Shown piece after piece: positions 16,198 through 26,830 of a DNA stretch of 55,909 bases. The position numbers were made by a program, and so were the translations under genes. Location of the stretch: IMG/VR virus record IMGVR_UViG_3300030106_002604, positions 1-55,909 of that record; one strand, given 5' to 3'. Origin of the DNA: a virus (Duplodnaviria; Caudoviricetes). The first letter of the stretch is position 1. The number at the start of each line of letters is the position of its first letter. A model generated the notes under the pieces. That model saw only the letters and a list, made by a program, of their open reading frames with translations, ran no database searches and had not been told where the DNA came from.

Positions 16198-16488
16198 ATG
16201 GACGAAACATCCTTTTTCCTAGAGCTTCAAAATAAATACAAAGAGATTGAAGAAATAGTATCTAGATACGAAATGGATAGTAAGTTTGCATGCATTTTAG
16301 TTTCTGGAATATATGATGATCAAGATCAGTATTTTAAAAAGTTTAAGGGCCTGTACAATATTTGTGTTGAAAACAATACAGAGTTAGATCAGTTAGTTGA
16401 TTTTATATATAACACTCATGCCAGCAATAATGATATTGATAGAGGGCTAGACGACTTACTTAACGGAACTGGCATTTCACTTAATTAA
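16198..16488 (+). CDS. Hypothetical protein
   Basis: ORF. Confidence 0.65.
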   Translation: MDETSFFLELQNKYKEIEEIVSRYEMDSKFACILVSGIYDDQDQYFKKFKGLYNICVENNTELDQLVDFIYNTHASNNDIDRGLDDLLNGTGISLN

Positions 16489-16489
16489 A

Positions 16490-16726
16490 ATGGAAGGAAT
16501 TATTAGGAAAATTATTATCGGAAGAGATCCGAAAGATGCCATGGCGTATTATATTGGCATGAGAGCAGGTGGAGGTAAGGTATCCACTATACTGCTAGAC
16601 GAGAGACATCTTGCACATTACAATAAAAAAAGATATCTTGTATATATTAATATTGACGATTCACAAGTATTGTGGAAAGCCATTGATGATATGTCATGCA
16701 TAGTTGAATTTGATTTAAACTTTTAA
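16490..16726 (+). CDS. Conserved hypothetical protein
   Basis: IIRKIIIG.DPKDAM.Y.IG motif; packed in operon. Confidence 0.7.
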   Translation: MEGIIRKIIIGRDPKDAMAYYIGMRAGGGKVSTILLDERHLAHYNKKRYLVYINIDDSQVLWKAIDDMSCIVEFDLNF

Positions 16727-16727
16727 A

Positions 16728-17321
16728 ATGAAAACCCTAAATTTATTTATCGTAGAGTTAGAGAAAACTCTTAACGATACTATTAAAACTGAATCTGGAT
16801 TAGAGCTATATGTAGATAACAGGTTTGATGAGTTTGAGCATAGAGTGACGGAGGGTCCAGTAGTTTGCGCTCCGATGAAATATAACACAGGAGTTAAGGA
16901 AGGTGACACATTATACTTTCATCACTTGGTAGTAATTAATGAAGGTCAAGCTTTAACTGGATTTGAAAATCATTACCTTATAAGGTACGATGATGTTCAT
17001 ACGGTGAACAATCAAGCTATTGCTTATAAGTGTCAAGAAACAGGCAAAATACACCCTCTTGCAGGATGGTCTTTGCTAAAACCTATAGAACAAAAAGCTG
17101 AGGTCCACTCAGATATTATAGAGGTTATAAACACTGAGGATGAAAAGCTACCCACTAAAGCTGAGGTTGCATTCGACGCCCCTTGGCTTGAAGAGCTTGG
17201 AGTTAAAAAAGGTGATATTGTAGGCTTTGAAAAGAATAGAGATTACCGCATAAAGATAGATGGTCAGGAATACTACCGTACTCGTGCAGAAGATTTGTTA
17301 GGAGTATATGTCGAAGCGTAA
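16728..17321 (+). CDS. groES: Co-chaperonin GroES-like protein, two tandem domains
   Basis: KTESGLEL...VKEGDTLYF and PLAGWSLLKP...VKKGDIVGF...IDGQEYY. Confidence 0.75.
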   Translation: MKTLNLFIVELEKTLNDTIKTESGLELYVDNRFDEFEHRVTEGPVVCAPMKYNTGVKEGDTLYFHHLVVINEGQALTGFENHYLIRYDDVHTVNNQAIAYKCQETGKIHPLAGWSLLKPIEQKAEVHSDIIEVINTEDEKLPTKAEVAFDAPWLEELGVKKGDIVGFEKNRDYRIKIDGQEYYRTRAEDLLGVYVEA

Positions 17322-17598
17322 ATTTACTACAGTAGAAGCTGCACAAAGGCTCATGAATAGCATGGAGGTTGCTATCAATAATATGATTGACGAAATTAAA
17401 AAGCCTGTTGATCCTGAAATAAATGGTAGTGCAAGAAAAGCAGAACTTCAATCTATAAAGCAAACTGCTACAGATGCTAAAGAACTTCTTGTTGAAAGGC
17501 AAAGACTAGAGCAAATGATTAAGGATTTACAAACAAACGGAGAAATAGAATCTGCCAAAGATTACAGTGGAGGTTTTGCTGAGAGATTTTCTAAATGA
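17308..17598 (+). CDS. Putative terminase small subunit
   Basis: Helical 96-aa ORF coupled to TerL. Confidence 0.55.
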   Translation: MSKRKFTTVEAAQRLMNSMEVAINNMIDEIKKPVDPEINGSARKAELQSIKQTATDAKELLVERQRLEQMIKDLQTNGEIESAKDYSGGFAERFSK

Positions 17599-19718
17599 AC
17601 AACTTACTAAACTTAGAAGAGTACAATGAACCTGCTATCAAAATTTGTCCCAACGGTTCGGAAGGTGAGGTTATTGAGCTCGGTGGGATACTCATTTGTC
17701 TTCCCAAAAGGCCCGCTAAAAAACAAATTTTCGGACATCAAAAGTCAAAGTTTATGCAGGTGTGGGAGAGGGTATCTATGCCTGAAGAACTGTCTCGTGT
17801 TAAATCTATGGATGAGTGGGCGGAGATGCCAAGGGAGTTTAGAGAAAAGTTTCGCCCATATATCGAAGAAGAGTTTAGGCGTAGGCGTGAGGGCTTTTGG
17901 TTTTATAATAACGGTACACCTACATATATTACGGGGCGGCATTACATGATGCTACAGTGGACTAAACTAGATGTAGGATACCCATACTTTTTAAATTTTC
18001 AACGTGAAATATTTTTACACATGGCTGCGTGCGAGTCTGATCCTCGTTGTATCGGTCAGCTATATACTAAGTGTCGCCGTTCTGGGTACACTAATATCTG
18101 TGCTTCTGTTCTTGTGGACGAAGCTACACAGGTTAAAGATAAGCTTTTGGGTATACAGTCAAAGACTGGTAAAGACGCTCAGGAAAATATCTTTATGAAA
18201 AAGGTTGTCTACATGTTTAGACACTACCCTTTCTTTTTTAAACCTATACAAGACGGTACGACAAACCCACGTATGGAGCTGGCTTTTCGTGAGCCTTCAA
18301 AACGTATTACAAAAAACAACAAAACATCTCAAACTGGTGAAGCTTTAAACACTGTCATTAACTGGAAGAACACAACTAACAATGCATATGATGGAGAGAA
18401 GCTACACATATTATATTTAGACGAAGCAGGAAAATGGGAAAAACCAACAGACATAAGAGACGCTTGGAGGATACAGAGGACTTGTTTGATCGTAGGGCGA
18501 AGAATCGTAGGAAAGGCTCTAGTAGGAAGCACGGTAAATCCGATGGACAAAGGTGGAAAAGAATACAAGGATCTTTGGATGGATTCGAGTCCGACAGAAA
18601 GGAACTCGAATGGGAGGACTAGATCTGGATTGTACAGGCTGTTCATACCCTCATACGAATCATTAGAAGGTTTTTTTGATAAGCACGGACATCCAGTAAC
18701 AGAGGATCCTACAAAAGTTATAGATGGTTTAGATGGCGATGACATTATTTTTGGAGCCAAGACATATCTTAAAAATGAAAGAGACAGCCTGAAAGGAGAT
18801 CCATCTGAATTAAACGAAGTAACAAGACAGTTTCCTTTTACTGAGGACGAAGCGTTTAGAGATAGTATAGCTGGTAGCCTATTTAACATAGGTCAGATAT
18901 ATGAACAGATACAACACAACGATGACTTGTTTCCTAATCCTATTGTTAAAGGAAACTTTATATGGAAAGATGGAGTAGCTGACACAGAAGTTGTGTTTAA
19001 GCCAGACCCTACTGGAAGATTTAAAATAAGTTGGATGCCGCCCCCAGAGTTAAGAAACATAAAAAAATATGAAAGAGGAAAACTTATACCACCAAATGCA
19101 GAGCTAGGAGTAGGCGGGGTCGACTCGTATGATCTTGATGCCACCGTCGACGGACGAGGATCTAAGGGTGCGCTTCACCTATACAATAAATTTCATATGG
19201 AATACCCATCAAATATGTTTGTATTGGAGTATGCATCCCGTCCACCTCTAGCTAAAATATTTTATGAAGATGTTTTAATGTCTGCTGTTTTTTATGGGTA
19301 TCCTATACTTATAGAGAATAACAAGTATGGTATAGCAAGACACTTTGAATCAAGAGGTTATGATGGATATCTTTTATCTAGACCAAAACATTTATCGTCT
19401 CCAAACTCTAAGGTAAATGTAAAAACAAAAGGAATACCATCTAACTCACAGGATGTTATTCAAGCTCATGCTCATGCTATAGAATCTTATATTCACAACC
19501 ATGTAGGCTTTAATAGAGATACTGGAGATATGGGGAGTATGTATTTTAATAAAACTTTAGAAGACTGGATATCGTTTGACATAAACAACAGAACTAAGTT
19601 TGACTTAACTATAAGTTCTGGTTTAGCTTTACTTGCTGCGCAAAAAGTTAAACAAAAAAAGAAACAAATAAATTTTTCTGAAAAGAAATTTTTCAGGAGA
19701 TATAAACCTATATCTTAA
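17595..19718 (+). CDS. terL: Terminase large subunit
   Basis: KCRRSGYT Walker A, LYLDEAGKW Walker B, GGVDSYD nuclease motif. Confidence 0.9.
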   Translation: MNNLLNLEEYNEPAIKICPNGSEGEVIELGGILICLPKRPAKKQIFGHQKSKFMQVWERVSMPEELSRVKSMDEWAEMPREFREKFRPYIEEEFRRRREGFWFYNNGTPTYITGRHYMMLQWTKLDVGYPYFLNFQREIFLHMAACESDPRCIGQLYTKCRRSGYTNICASVLVDEATQVKDKLLGIQSKTGKDAQENIFMKKVVYMFRHYPFFFKPIQDGTTNPRMELAFREPSKRITKNNKTSQTGEALNTVINWKNTTNNAYDGEKLHILYLDEAGKWEKPTDIRDAWRIQRTCLIVGRRIVGKALVGSTVNPMDKGGKEYKDLWMDSSPTERNSNGRTRSGLYRLFIPSYESLEGFFDKHGHPVTEDPTKVIDGLDGDDIIFGAKTYLKNERDSLKGDPSELNEVTRQFPFTEDEAFRDSIAGSLFNIGQIYEQIQHNDDLFPNPIVKGNFIWKDGVADTEVVFKPDPTGRFKISWMPPPELRNIKKYERGKLIPPNAELGVGGVDSYDLDATVDGRGSKGALHLYNKFHMEYPSNMFVLEYASRPPLAKIFYEDVLMSAVFYGYPILIENNKYGIARHFESRGYDGYLLSRPKHLSSPNSKVNVKTKGIPSNSQDVIQAHAHAIESYIHNHVGFNRDTGDMGSMYFNKTLEDWISFDINNRTKFDLTISSGLALLAAQKVKQKKKQINFSEKKFFRRYKPIS

Positions 19719-19733
19719 AAACGTGATATTTAG

Positions 19734-19741
19734 TATATTTG
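19734..19741 (+). promoter_or_regulatory. -7 box TATATTTG before portal
   Basis: Intergenic consensus. Confidence 0.55.
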
Positions 19742-19759
19742 CAAAAATAGAAAACCCTG

Positions 19760-22216
19760 ATGTATAATAGTAAGAATAAAAAGTCAGGTTTCCCAGATCC
19801 GCTTGCACCTCAGCAAATGAAGGAATCGGAAGCCTATGGCCTCCAATATGCCAAGGCTATAGAATCACAGTGGGGCAAAAGACACAACTCTAGTTCCATG
19901 ATTAGCAAAAGGAATAAAACTTTTGATAGGAATAGAGATTATTCAAACGGAACTCAAGACACAAACATATACAAACAAATACTAACAAACCTAGATGCCA
20001 ATAATGCAGATGGTAGTTTAGTTAATCTCGATTATACACCAGTTCCTATTCTACCTAAGTTTGCAAGAATAGTTACAAATAAAATACTATCAAGAAATCC
20101 TTACCCAAACTTAGAGGCTGTCGATCCTCTATCTTCATCGGAAAAAAATAAAGAGAAGCAGAGGATAAGAACTCAGGTTGCAATTAAGGATCAATTAATG
20201 AAACTTAAAGAGGATACTGGGGGATTAGTATTAGATGAAGATCCTGAAAACCTGCCAGATACTTTAGAGGAAGCAGATATTTTTCTTGAAACAAATGTTA
20301 AGACTGATGCAGAGATTGCTGCTCAGATTGGAACCAATCTAACTTTAACTTGGAACAACTTTAACGACAATATATTTAGAAGAGCTGTAAAAGATTTAGT
20401 TGATATAGGTATCTGTGTTGTTAGAAGAACAAATGATCCAAGCTACGGTATTAAGACAGACTATATTGATCCTTCTACTTTTGTTCATAGCTATACTGAA
20501 GACCCTAGTTTTTCTGATTTAGTATATGCTGGGCATGTAAAAAACATGACTATATCTGAACTAAAGAGAATAGCTGGAGATACTTTTACAGAAGAACAAT
20601 ATAAAGAGATAGCAAAAGAAGCTGCTAAAAGTAAAAACTACGATACATCTAACTTCTATAACTCAAGATACGATTCTGTAAATAACAGAACAATATATGG
20701 TTATGACGAATACAGGATAGAGGTTCTTGACTTTGAGTTCCTTTCTGTTGACTGTATGCATTTTGAAGAGAAAGAAAATAGATTTGGAAATGTTAACTTC
20801 TTCTACGAAGGATTTAACTACAAAGAAAAAACTGGTGGTGTTTTTGAAAGAAAGCCACACAGGATGGATCTTGTTACTGTATACGGAGGTATGTATATTA
20901 TGGGTGCAGGAAAGTTATTTAACTACGGTCTAAAAAATAACGTACCTAGAAATGTTCATGATATAGGTAGAACAACGATGGGCTACTCTGTTGTTGCTAC
21001 TAACTTCAGAAACATGATGCCTAAATCTATGGTAGACAGCTGTGTTGGATTTGCTGATATGTTGCAGATTACACACCTTAAAATACAGCAGGCCATAGCT
21101 AAAGCAAAACCTGATGGATTGATTATTGACATCGAAGGTTTAGAAAACGTACAGTTAGGAAAGGGTGGTGAGCTTCAACCATTAGAGCTTCATGATATAT
21201 ACGAACAAACTGGTGTCTTCTACTACAGAAGTAAGAACCCAGAGGGAGGCTTTCAAAACCCTCCAGTGCGTGAGATAGGAAACAGCATACGTAATATAAA
21301 CGAACTGATAGGAATCTATAATCACTACTTACGTTTGATAAGAGATACAACAGGAGTTAACGAAGCTATGGATGCTTCTACTCCAAAAGGAGATGCTCTT
21401 GTTGGTGTTAGAGAACAAGCTATAGCTGCAGGAAACAATGCTATATATGATATAACAAATGCTTCCATGATATTGTTTAAGAAGGTTTGTCAAGATATAG
21501 TTAAGTGTTTGCAGATTATACCGCCAGAGTCAGTAATAATGAAGGCTTATAAAAATGCAATAGGAGATTCTAACATGGATGTGTTAAGCTCCTTTGGAGA
21601 TTTGCCTATGTTTAACTTTGGAGTTACTGTTCAAAAAGAAATGGAAGATAAGGAGAAGGCATACCTAGAGCAGAATATACAAATGTCATTACAACAAAAG
21701 GAGCTTGATCTGGAAGACGCAATGGCAATAAGAAACCTAAAGGATATTAATCAAGCAGAAAGACTTTTAGTTGTTAGAAGAAAAAAGAGAATACAGAGAA
21801 TGCAACAGCAAGCTCAACAAAATTCTCAGATGCAGGCGCAACAAGCTCAGCAAGCTGCCGTAGCTGCCTCTCAAGGTAGACAGCAAGAGATGCAAATGGA
21901 AGCTCAGATAGAAGCTCAAAAGATGCAGATGAAGGCTCAGCTAGAAATACAAGTTGCTCAAGCTAGACACGAACTCCAAAAAGAAATAGAAACAATTAAG
22001 GCTCAGGCTACACTAGGATTTAAAACTGACGATCAAGAATTTAAAGAAAAGATCGAAGTACTAAAAGAAGACAGAAAAGACGGCAGGGTTAAAAAGCAAG
22101 CCGCAGAACAGAGTAAACTTATATCTCAGAGAAAAGGTCAGAGAGGAGAACTTGTAGAAGATATACAGGAAGACTCTTCACAAGAATCAATAATAGATGA
22201 CATATTAAGACAGTAA
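19760..22216 (+). CDS. Portal protein
   Basis: Follows TerL; 818 aa; PVPILPKF, IRDTTGVNEA, Gln-rich C-terminal coil as in crAss-like portals. Confidence 0.85.
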   Translation: MYNSKNKKSGFPDPLAPQQMKESEAYGLQYAKAIESQWGKRHNSSSMISKRNKTFDRNRDYSNGTQDTNIYKQILTNLDANNADGSLVNLDYTPVPILPKFARIVTNKILSRNPYPNLEAVDPLSSSEKNKEKQRIRTQVAIKDQLMKLKEDTGGLVLDEDPENLPDTLEEADIFLETNVKTDAEIAAQIGTNLTLTWNNFNDNIFRRAVKDLVDIGICVVRRTNDPSYGIKTDYIDPSTFVHSYTEDPSFSDLVYAGHVKNMTISELKRIAGDTFTEEQYKEIAKEAAKSKNYDTSNFYNSRYDSVNNRTIYGYDEYRIEVLDFEFLSVDCMHFEEKENRFGNVNFFYEGFNYKEKTGGVFERKPHRMDLVTVYGGMYIMGAGKLFNYGLKNNVPRNVHDIGRTTMGYSVVATNFRNMMPKSMVDSCVGFADMLQITHLKIQQAIAKAKPDGLIIDIEGLENVQLGKGGELQPLELHDIYEQTGVFYYRSKNPEGGFQNPPVREIGNSIRNINELIGIYNHYLRLIRDTTGVNEAMDASTPKGDALVGVREQAIAAGNNAIYDITNASMILFKKVCQDIVKCLQIIPPESVIMKAYKNAIGDSNMDVLSSFGDLPMFNFGVTVQKEMEDKEKAYLEQNIQMSLQQKELDLEDAMAIRNLKDINQAERLLVVRRKKRIQRMQQQAQQNSQMQAQQAQQAAVAASQGRQQEMQMEAQIEAQKMQMKAQLEIQVAQARHELQKEIETIKAQATLGFKTDDQEFKEKIEVLKEDRKDGRVKKQAAEQSKLISQRKGQRGELVEDIQEDSSQESIIDDILRQ

Positions 22217-22653
22217 TGGCAAAAGTAAATTTTGATATATCTAAAAAACTAGACATCACTTGTAGAAAAGGTGATTCATTTAGCTTAGAACTTACGTTGA
22301 AAGACTCAAGTGGAAATCTTTTAAATTTACATGGAGACACATTTCACTTTCTTGTAACGGGAACAAATCCACCTTCATTTCCAATAGCAACTGAAGGCCT
22401 TCAGCCGAGCCCTGTTGCGCAGGCAACGATAGCACAAGCTTTAACAGATGATGAAAGCACAACAGCAGATACAGCCACAGGTAAAGTAAAATTTGAACTA
22501 ACGGCAGCACAAATGAAATTTATTCAAGCTGGTTCTTATCAATATGATATTCAGCATGTTGATTCTAGTGATCTTGTTAATGGAGAAGCAAATGCTAGAA
22601 CAATACTTACAGGTAAGTTTATAATTAATAAAGATAGCAGCATACTTGCATAA
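22216..22653 (+). CDS. BppU-N-like structural protein
   Basis: DITCRKGDSF...G.YQYDIQ...TILTGKF pattern. Confidence 0.6.
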   Translation: MAKVNFDISKKLDITCRKGDSFSLELTLKDSSGNLLNLHGDTFHFLVTGTNPPSFPIATEGLQPSPVAQATIAQALTDDESTTADTATGKVKFELTAAQMKFIQAGSYQYDIQHVDSSDLVNGEANARTILTGKFIINKDSSILA

Positions 22654-22655
22654 CA

Positions 22656-22814
22656 ATGTCTACAACGATAACAATAAGCAATAGCAGTTTATCTGTAACC
22701 AAACCATCTGCTATATTATCAAAAGCAACAGCTCCTTCTGCTAATGTTGCTACATCAACAGCTCCTTCTAAAATTAATGTAGAGGTTACTCTTAATTCAA
22801 AATCTTTAACATGA
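22656..22814 (+). CDS. Small Ser/Thr-rich protein (52 aa)
   Basis: Manual translation; ATGA overlap with 22811. Confidence 0.55.
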   Translation: MSTTITISNSSLSVTKPSAILSKATAPSANVATSTAPSKINVEVTLNSKSLT

Positions 22815-25288
22815 GATACGTATTATTATTTATATTTTTTTTACCATCTCTTCTCGTTGCTCAACCTAGTTTTGATAGCATACCTCCTATTGAATGTGGA
22901 GTTCAAGGGCTTCAAGGTCAAATAGATTGTTTTCCTTTTGCTCCAAACCAAGGACAGCTTCAAGTTATGTGGGAACCTGTTTCTCCAAACTGCGAGCCAA
23001 TAGGATTTTATAGGGGTGACGATTTAGACAACTTACAGTTTGTACCATATGGTCAGTGGTTTTTCAATAGTTTTTATGGAGGAGTCCCATCTTCACCTGT
23101 ATCTAATGATGAGTATTATTTTATAATAGAATCTCCTAACGGCATTATGGATACTTTAATTTTAGAAAATCCTAACTGCGGTATAGGCTGTCTAGATTCC
23201 TTAGCTACAAACTACAATCCTTTTGCTGGTATAGAAAGTGAGTTTGGAGAGTCTTGTCAATACGGTGAAGTATCAGAGTGCGGAGATCTATTTACACAAA
23301 AAGTATATGTAAGCATTACAGCAGATACATATTCTCAGTGGGAGACAAGCTGGGAGATAGTTACAACAGATAGTATACCAATAGTATTAGCTAGTGAGGA
23401 AGTAGGTTTTTACCAGACAGAGGGGCTTACTGTAACGACAGAATATTGCATACCGCTTGGAGTAGAGTTTACCTTTAATATATATGATACGTTTGGAGAT
23501 GGACTCGCAGGATCTACAACAGGGGGATTTACTGATGGAGATGTTTTAGTTTACACAGAGTGTGGTAACACAATATACAGCATATTGCCATTTGAAGGTC
23601 AGAATCCTGACTACGGATATGAAGCTATCAGTCAACCTAACCTGCTAAACCCATGTCCGCCAGACAATCCGCCATTTGGTTGTTTAGATCCAGACTACTT
23701 AGAGTTTAACTCTCTTGCTACAAACAGTGATTCTAGCTTATGTGTAACTCCTGCAGTCGCTGGATGTCTTAATGAGAACGCATTTAACTACGATCCAGAA
23801 GCAAACATCATGGACTACATCCCTGAGTGTGAATACACGCTTATGCTGTTTGACGGAGGTGGTGACGGATGGGACGGGTCTTACCTAGGTGTTGTTCAGG
23901 ATGGCGAGCCTATTGGTGCATTTACATGCACAGAGGAGCAAGCCTTCTATAATATAACAGTAAGTTCTCAAACACATGTAGAGTTTAAGTTTTACGAAGT
24001 GGAGTTTGGTAGTTTCTTTGGGGAGGGAGGTACAAGCACTGATGTATCACAGTGTGGATTTAAACTAATAAGCCCTAATGGTAATATAGTCTTTGAAAAG
24101 GGAACTAATCCATGGCTGGACCCAATAGATCCTGACGAGCTATACACCCCTTACTTAAGATGTGGCAACTACTGCGAGCCTTACATATACGGATGTACAG
24201 ACGAAGCCGCACAGAACTATGACTCTACTGTTAATACAGAGGATGGTAGTTGTTACTATCAAGCTGGCTGTGCACAAGCTGGTTACTTAGAGTATTACAC
24301 TCAGGGTTATGAAGCTGACTATGATGACGGTAGCTGTGAAACAATAGCTGTTTTTGGCTGTATGGATGAGGATGCCTTTAACTACAACGAAGAAGCAAAT
24401 GTTGACAACGAGGGTTGTGTGCCTGTGGTGCTAGGGTGTATGAATCCTTTAGCATATAATTACCTACCATCTGCTAATGTAGATGATGATAGCTGTATAC
24501 CTTATATATACGGATGTATGGACCCAGCCGCTTACAATTATGATGAGAGTGCAAATATAGATGACGGAGAGTGTGAACCATTTGTATATGGGTGCACTGA
24601 CAATACTATGTTTAATTATAATCCTGCTGCAAATGCCGAATACGACCCTTCTAATTGTGAGCCTTACGTCTATGGTTGCACTGACCCTAGCATGCTTAAC
24701 TATAACTCATCCGCTAACACAGAAGATTTTAGCTGTATTCCTTATATCTATGGTTGCACTGATCCTGATGCCCTTAATTATGATGAACTGGCTAATACAG
24801 ACAACGGCTCGTGTATTGAAGTTTTAATTGATTGTATGGACCCTAATGCATTTAATTACAATGAATTAGCTAACACCTCTGATGAGGAATCTTGTTTGTA
24901 TGATGCAGGCTGTATTACTGGCGCTGGAGAACCATACTGGTTAAACGATGGTTGTTATGCTTGGATTATAGACATCGACCCGTACTGCTGTGAGGTTGCA
25001 TGGGATGAAACGTGCGTAGATCTTTACTCATACTGCGAGCAAGGGTGGCCGCAGGGAGTACTAGAAACAACAAGAGATATAAATGTATATCCTAACCCTG
25101 CAAGTATGATATTAAATGTGCAGGCCCCCGTAGGAGCTGTTACAAGCTTATATAACGCATTTGGTCAGCTTGTAGTGGTTGGGACTATAAATAACATAAT
25201 AGATCTCTCACAGCTTTCTAACGGCGTGTACGAGGTTGTAATACAATATAACGGAATAATTATTAATAAGAAAATTATAAAATCATGA
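22811..25288 (+). CDS. T9SS type A sorting-domain protein with Cys-rich repeats
   Basis: Signal peptide ending VA-Q; ~12 GCxDxxAxNYxxxAxxDDGSC repeats; C-terminal VYPNP...GVY...KKIIK. Confidence 0.85.
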   Translation: MRYVLLFIFFLPSLLVAQPSFDSIPPIECGVQGLQGQIDCFPFAPNQGQLQVMWEPVSPNCEPIGFYRGDDLDNLQFVPYGQWFFNSFYGGVPSSPVSNDEYYFIIESPNGIMDTLILENPNCGIGCLDSLATNYNPFAGIESEFGESCQYGEVSECGDLFTQKVYVSITADTYSQWETSWEIVTTDSIPIVLASEEVGFYQTEGLTVTTEYCIPLGVEFTFNIYDTFGDGLAGSTTGGFTDGDVLVYTECGNTIYSILPFEGQNPDYGYEAISQPNLLNPCPPDNPPFGCLDPDYLEFNSLATNSDSSLCVTPAVAGCLNENAFNYDPEANIMDYIPECEYTLMLFDGGGDGWDGSYLGVVQDGEPIGAFTCTEEQAFYNITVSSQTHVEFKFYEVEFGSFFGEGGTSTDVSQCGFKLISPNGNIVFEKGTNPWLDPIDPDELYTPYLRCGNYCEPYIYGCTDEAAQNYDSTVNTEDGSCYYQAGCAQAGYLEYYTQGYEADYDDGSCETIAVFGCMDEDAFNYNEEANVDNEGCVPVVLGCMNPLAYNYLPSANVDDDSCIPYIYGCMDPAAYNYDESANIDDGECEPFVYGCTDNTMFNYNPAANAEYDPSNCEPYVYGCTDPSMLNYNSSANTEDFSCIPYIYGCTDPDALNYDELANTDNGSCIEVLIDCMDPNAFNYNELANTSDEESCLYDAGCITGAGEPYWLNDGCYAWIIDIDPYCCEVAWDETCVDLYSYCEQGWPQGVLETTRDINVYPNPASMILNVQAPVGAVTSLYNAFGQLVVVGTINNIIDLSQLSNGVYEVVIQYNGIIINKKIIKS

Positions 25289-25473
25289 AAGTAAATTGGA
25301 TTAACAGTTGGAACTCTTATAATAAAAAAGAGAAGTATGAGTTAAACTTTAGATTAGGTACAGTAAGTGTGCTTGAAATTTCGTTTTGCCCATGTCCAGC
25401 ATGTAGTAAAAAAAAGAAAGGTGCGTGCCCAAGATTTAGGTTTATGATACTCAACTTTGGATTTGAATTCTAA
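25285..25473 (+). CDS. Small Cys-cluster protein (62 aa)
   Basis: CPCPAC...C; coupled to both neighbours. Confidence 0.65.
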   Translation: MKVNWINSWNSYNKKEKYELNFRLGTVSVLEISFCPCPACSKKKKGACPRFRFMILNFGFEF

Positions 25474-26546
25474 TGACACAGAAGAAAGATTTAACTGTAG
25501 TTCTCTATGCTTTCATTATGATTGTGGTCTTTATATTAGGTACATCACTTGAGGCAAAAGGACAAACATTAAAGAAGACATTTAAGTATGCTACATTCTA
25601 CACTGCATTTAGCGGCGGTAACTCTGTGGCTGACGACAACATCTATTCTGTAACGAATGGTTTACAGACTGATATTGTTGAAACTCCATTCGACTATTCT
25701 ATTACAGCTGGTGTTCGTAAGATTGCTAGGTTTGGATATGAAAACAGGGCTAATGTATTCTATGATGGTACAGAAAAGTCTTACAGCGATGCAGCAAACA
25801 TCGGTAAAGTAAAAGGCTTTGAGTTTTTGTTTGAGGCTGACTGGCGCAGACAACAAGGTAGAAACTTTTTAGATCAAGACTATTTCTTACGTTATGTAGC
25901 TAAGAACTGGATAGCCAAGGTTGAGTACCTGCAAGATGGTTTTGCTGATGTGGAATACTTTGAGGGATCTCAAAGATTTAGACTTCACGCAAATGATCGT
26001 CTTAGTTTTAACGTAGGTGTAGCTCAACGTATATCAGAGCCTTACGGTTATAATCCTCTAGAAGAGTGGGTGTTGTCAAACAACAATATACATTACACAA
26101 GCTTAGCTATACAAGAGGGATATACAGTTGATGTGCAAGCAGGAGAATACTTTCAACCAGATGGAACGCTTGTAGCAAACAGTGTTGATGTTTGGGAACA
26201 GATTGTTATACCACAAGTTATCAATGACTACGTATCTAAAAAAAGAAGTGAGTTGCCAAGCGTATGGAACTACTCTTTAGTATTAGGGTATGATTACTAC
26301 AAATACTCTAAAGATTTTTGGTTACACAGCTGGGCTAGTGTAATGCCATATCATATTAAAACTGAAGATGAGTATTCATACTTTCAGACTACCGAAGGAG
26401 GGCAATGGACTGATTATGGATTAGGTCTTATCTTTGGCTGGAGATTAAATAAAAGTCTTGGTGTATTCTTAGAAGGTAAATACAATAAGTATTGGAATCG
26501 AGAATGGCATGACTTTTCTGTCGGACTAAACTATGTAATACTGTAA
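25473..26546 (+). CDS. Putative outer-membrane beta-barrel protein
   Basis: Signal peptide (AKG-Q); amphipathic aromatic strands; ends FSVGLNYVIL. Confidence 0.65.
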   Translation: MTQKKDLTVVLYAFIMIVVFILGTSLEAKGQTLKKTFKYATFYTAFSGGNSVADDNIYSVTNGLQTDIVETPFDYSITAGVRKIARFGYENRANVFYDGTEKSYSDAANIGKVKGFEFLFEADWRRQQGRNFLDQDYFLRYVAKNWIAKVEYLQDGFADVEYFEGSQRFRLHANDRLSFNVGVAQRISEPYGYNPLEEWVLSNNNIHYTSLAIQEGYTVDVQAGEYFQPDGTLVANSVDVWEQIVIPQVINDYVSKKRSELPSVWNYSLVLGYDYYKYSKDFWLHSWASVMPYHIKTEDEYSYFQTTEGGQWTDYGLGLIFGWRLNKSLGVFLEGKYNKYWNREWHDFSVGLNYVIL

Positions 26547-26830
26547 TGGCTAAACAAATTGGAGAGGATACTAAAGTAACATTAGACCTAAAAACAATAG
26601 GGATGGGTGCGGCTGGGCTTGCAGCCTTAATAGGTATGTACTTTACTTTACAGGCTGATATAGCTTTAGCTAAAGAATTACCAGAACCAGCAGACCCAGA
26701 GATTACACGTATGGAGTTTGATATGAAGGACCAGTTAGTAAGACAGACTATTATGACTACGCAAGAAGATGTATCAGAGCTCAAAGAAGATCTTGACCGC
26801 ATCGAAGAAAAAATAGATAAACTGCAGTGA
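26546..26830 (+). CDS. Single-pass membrane protein with C-terminal coiled coil
   Basis: TM IGMGAAGLAALIGMYF; heptads VSELKEDLDRIEEKIDKL. Confidence 0.7.
   Translation: MAKQIGEDTKVTLDLKTIGMGAAGLAALIGMYFTLQADIALAKELPEPADPEITRMEFDMKDQLVRQTIMTTQEDVSELKEDLDRIEEKIDKLQ

Noticed and set aside
17595-19718. Intron or intein in terL (also checked nrdJ and primase-helicase)
   Set aside because: ORFs are continuous, of ordinary length, and lack splicing motifs.
23680-24900. CRISPR array or DGR in the repeat region
   Set aside because: Repeats are degenerate at DNA level and in-frame protein repeats; no cas or reverse transcriptase gene seen.
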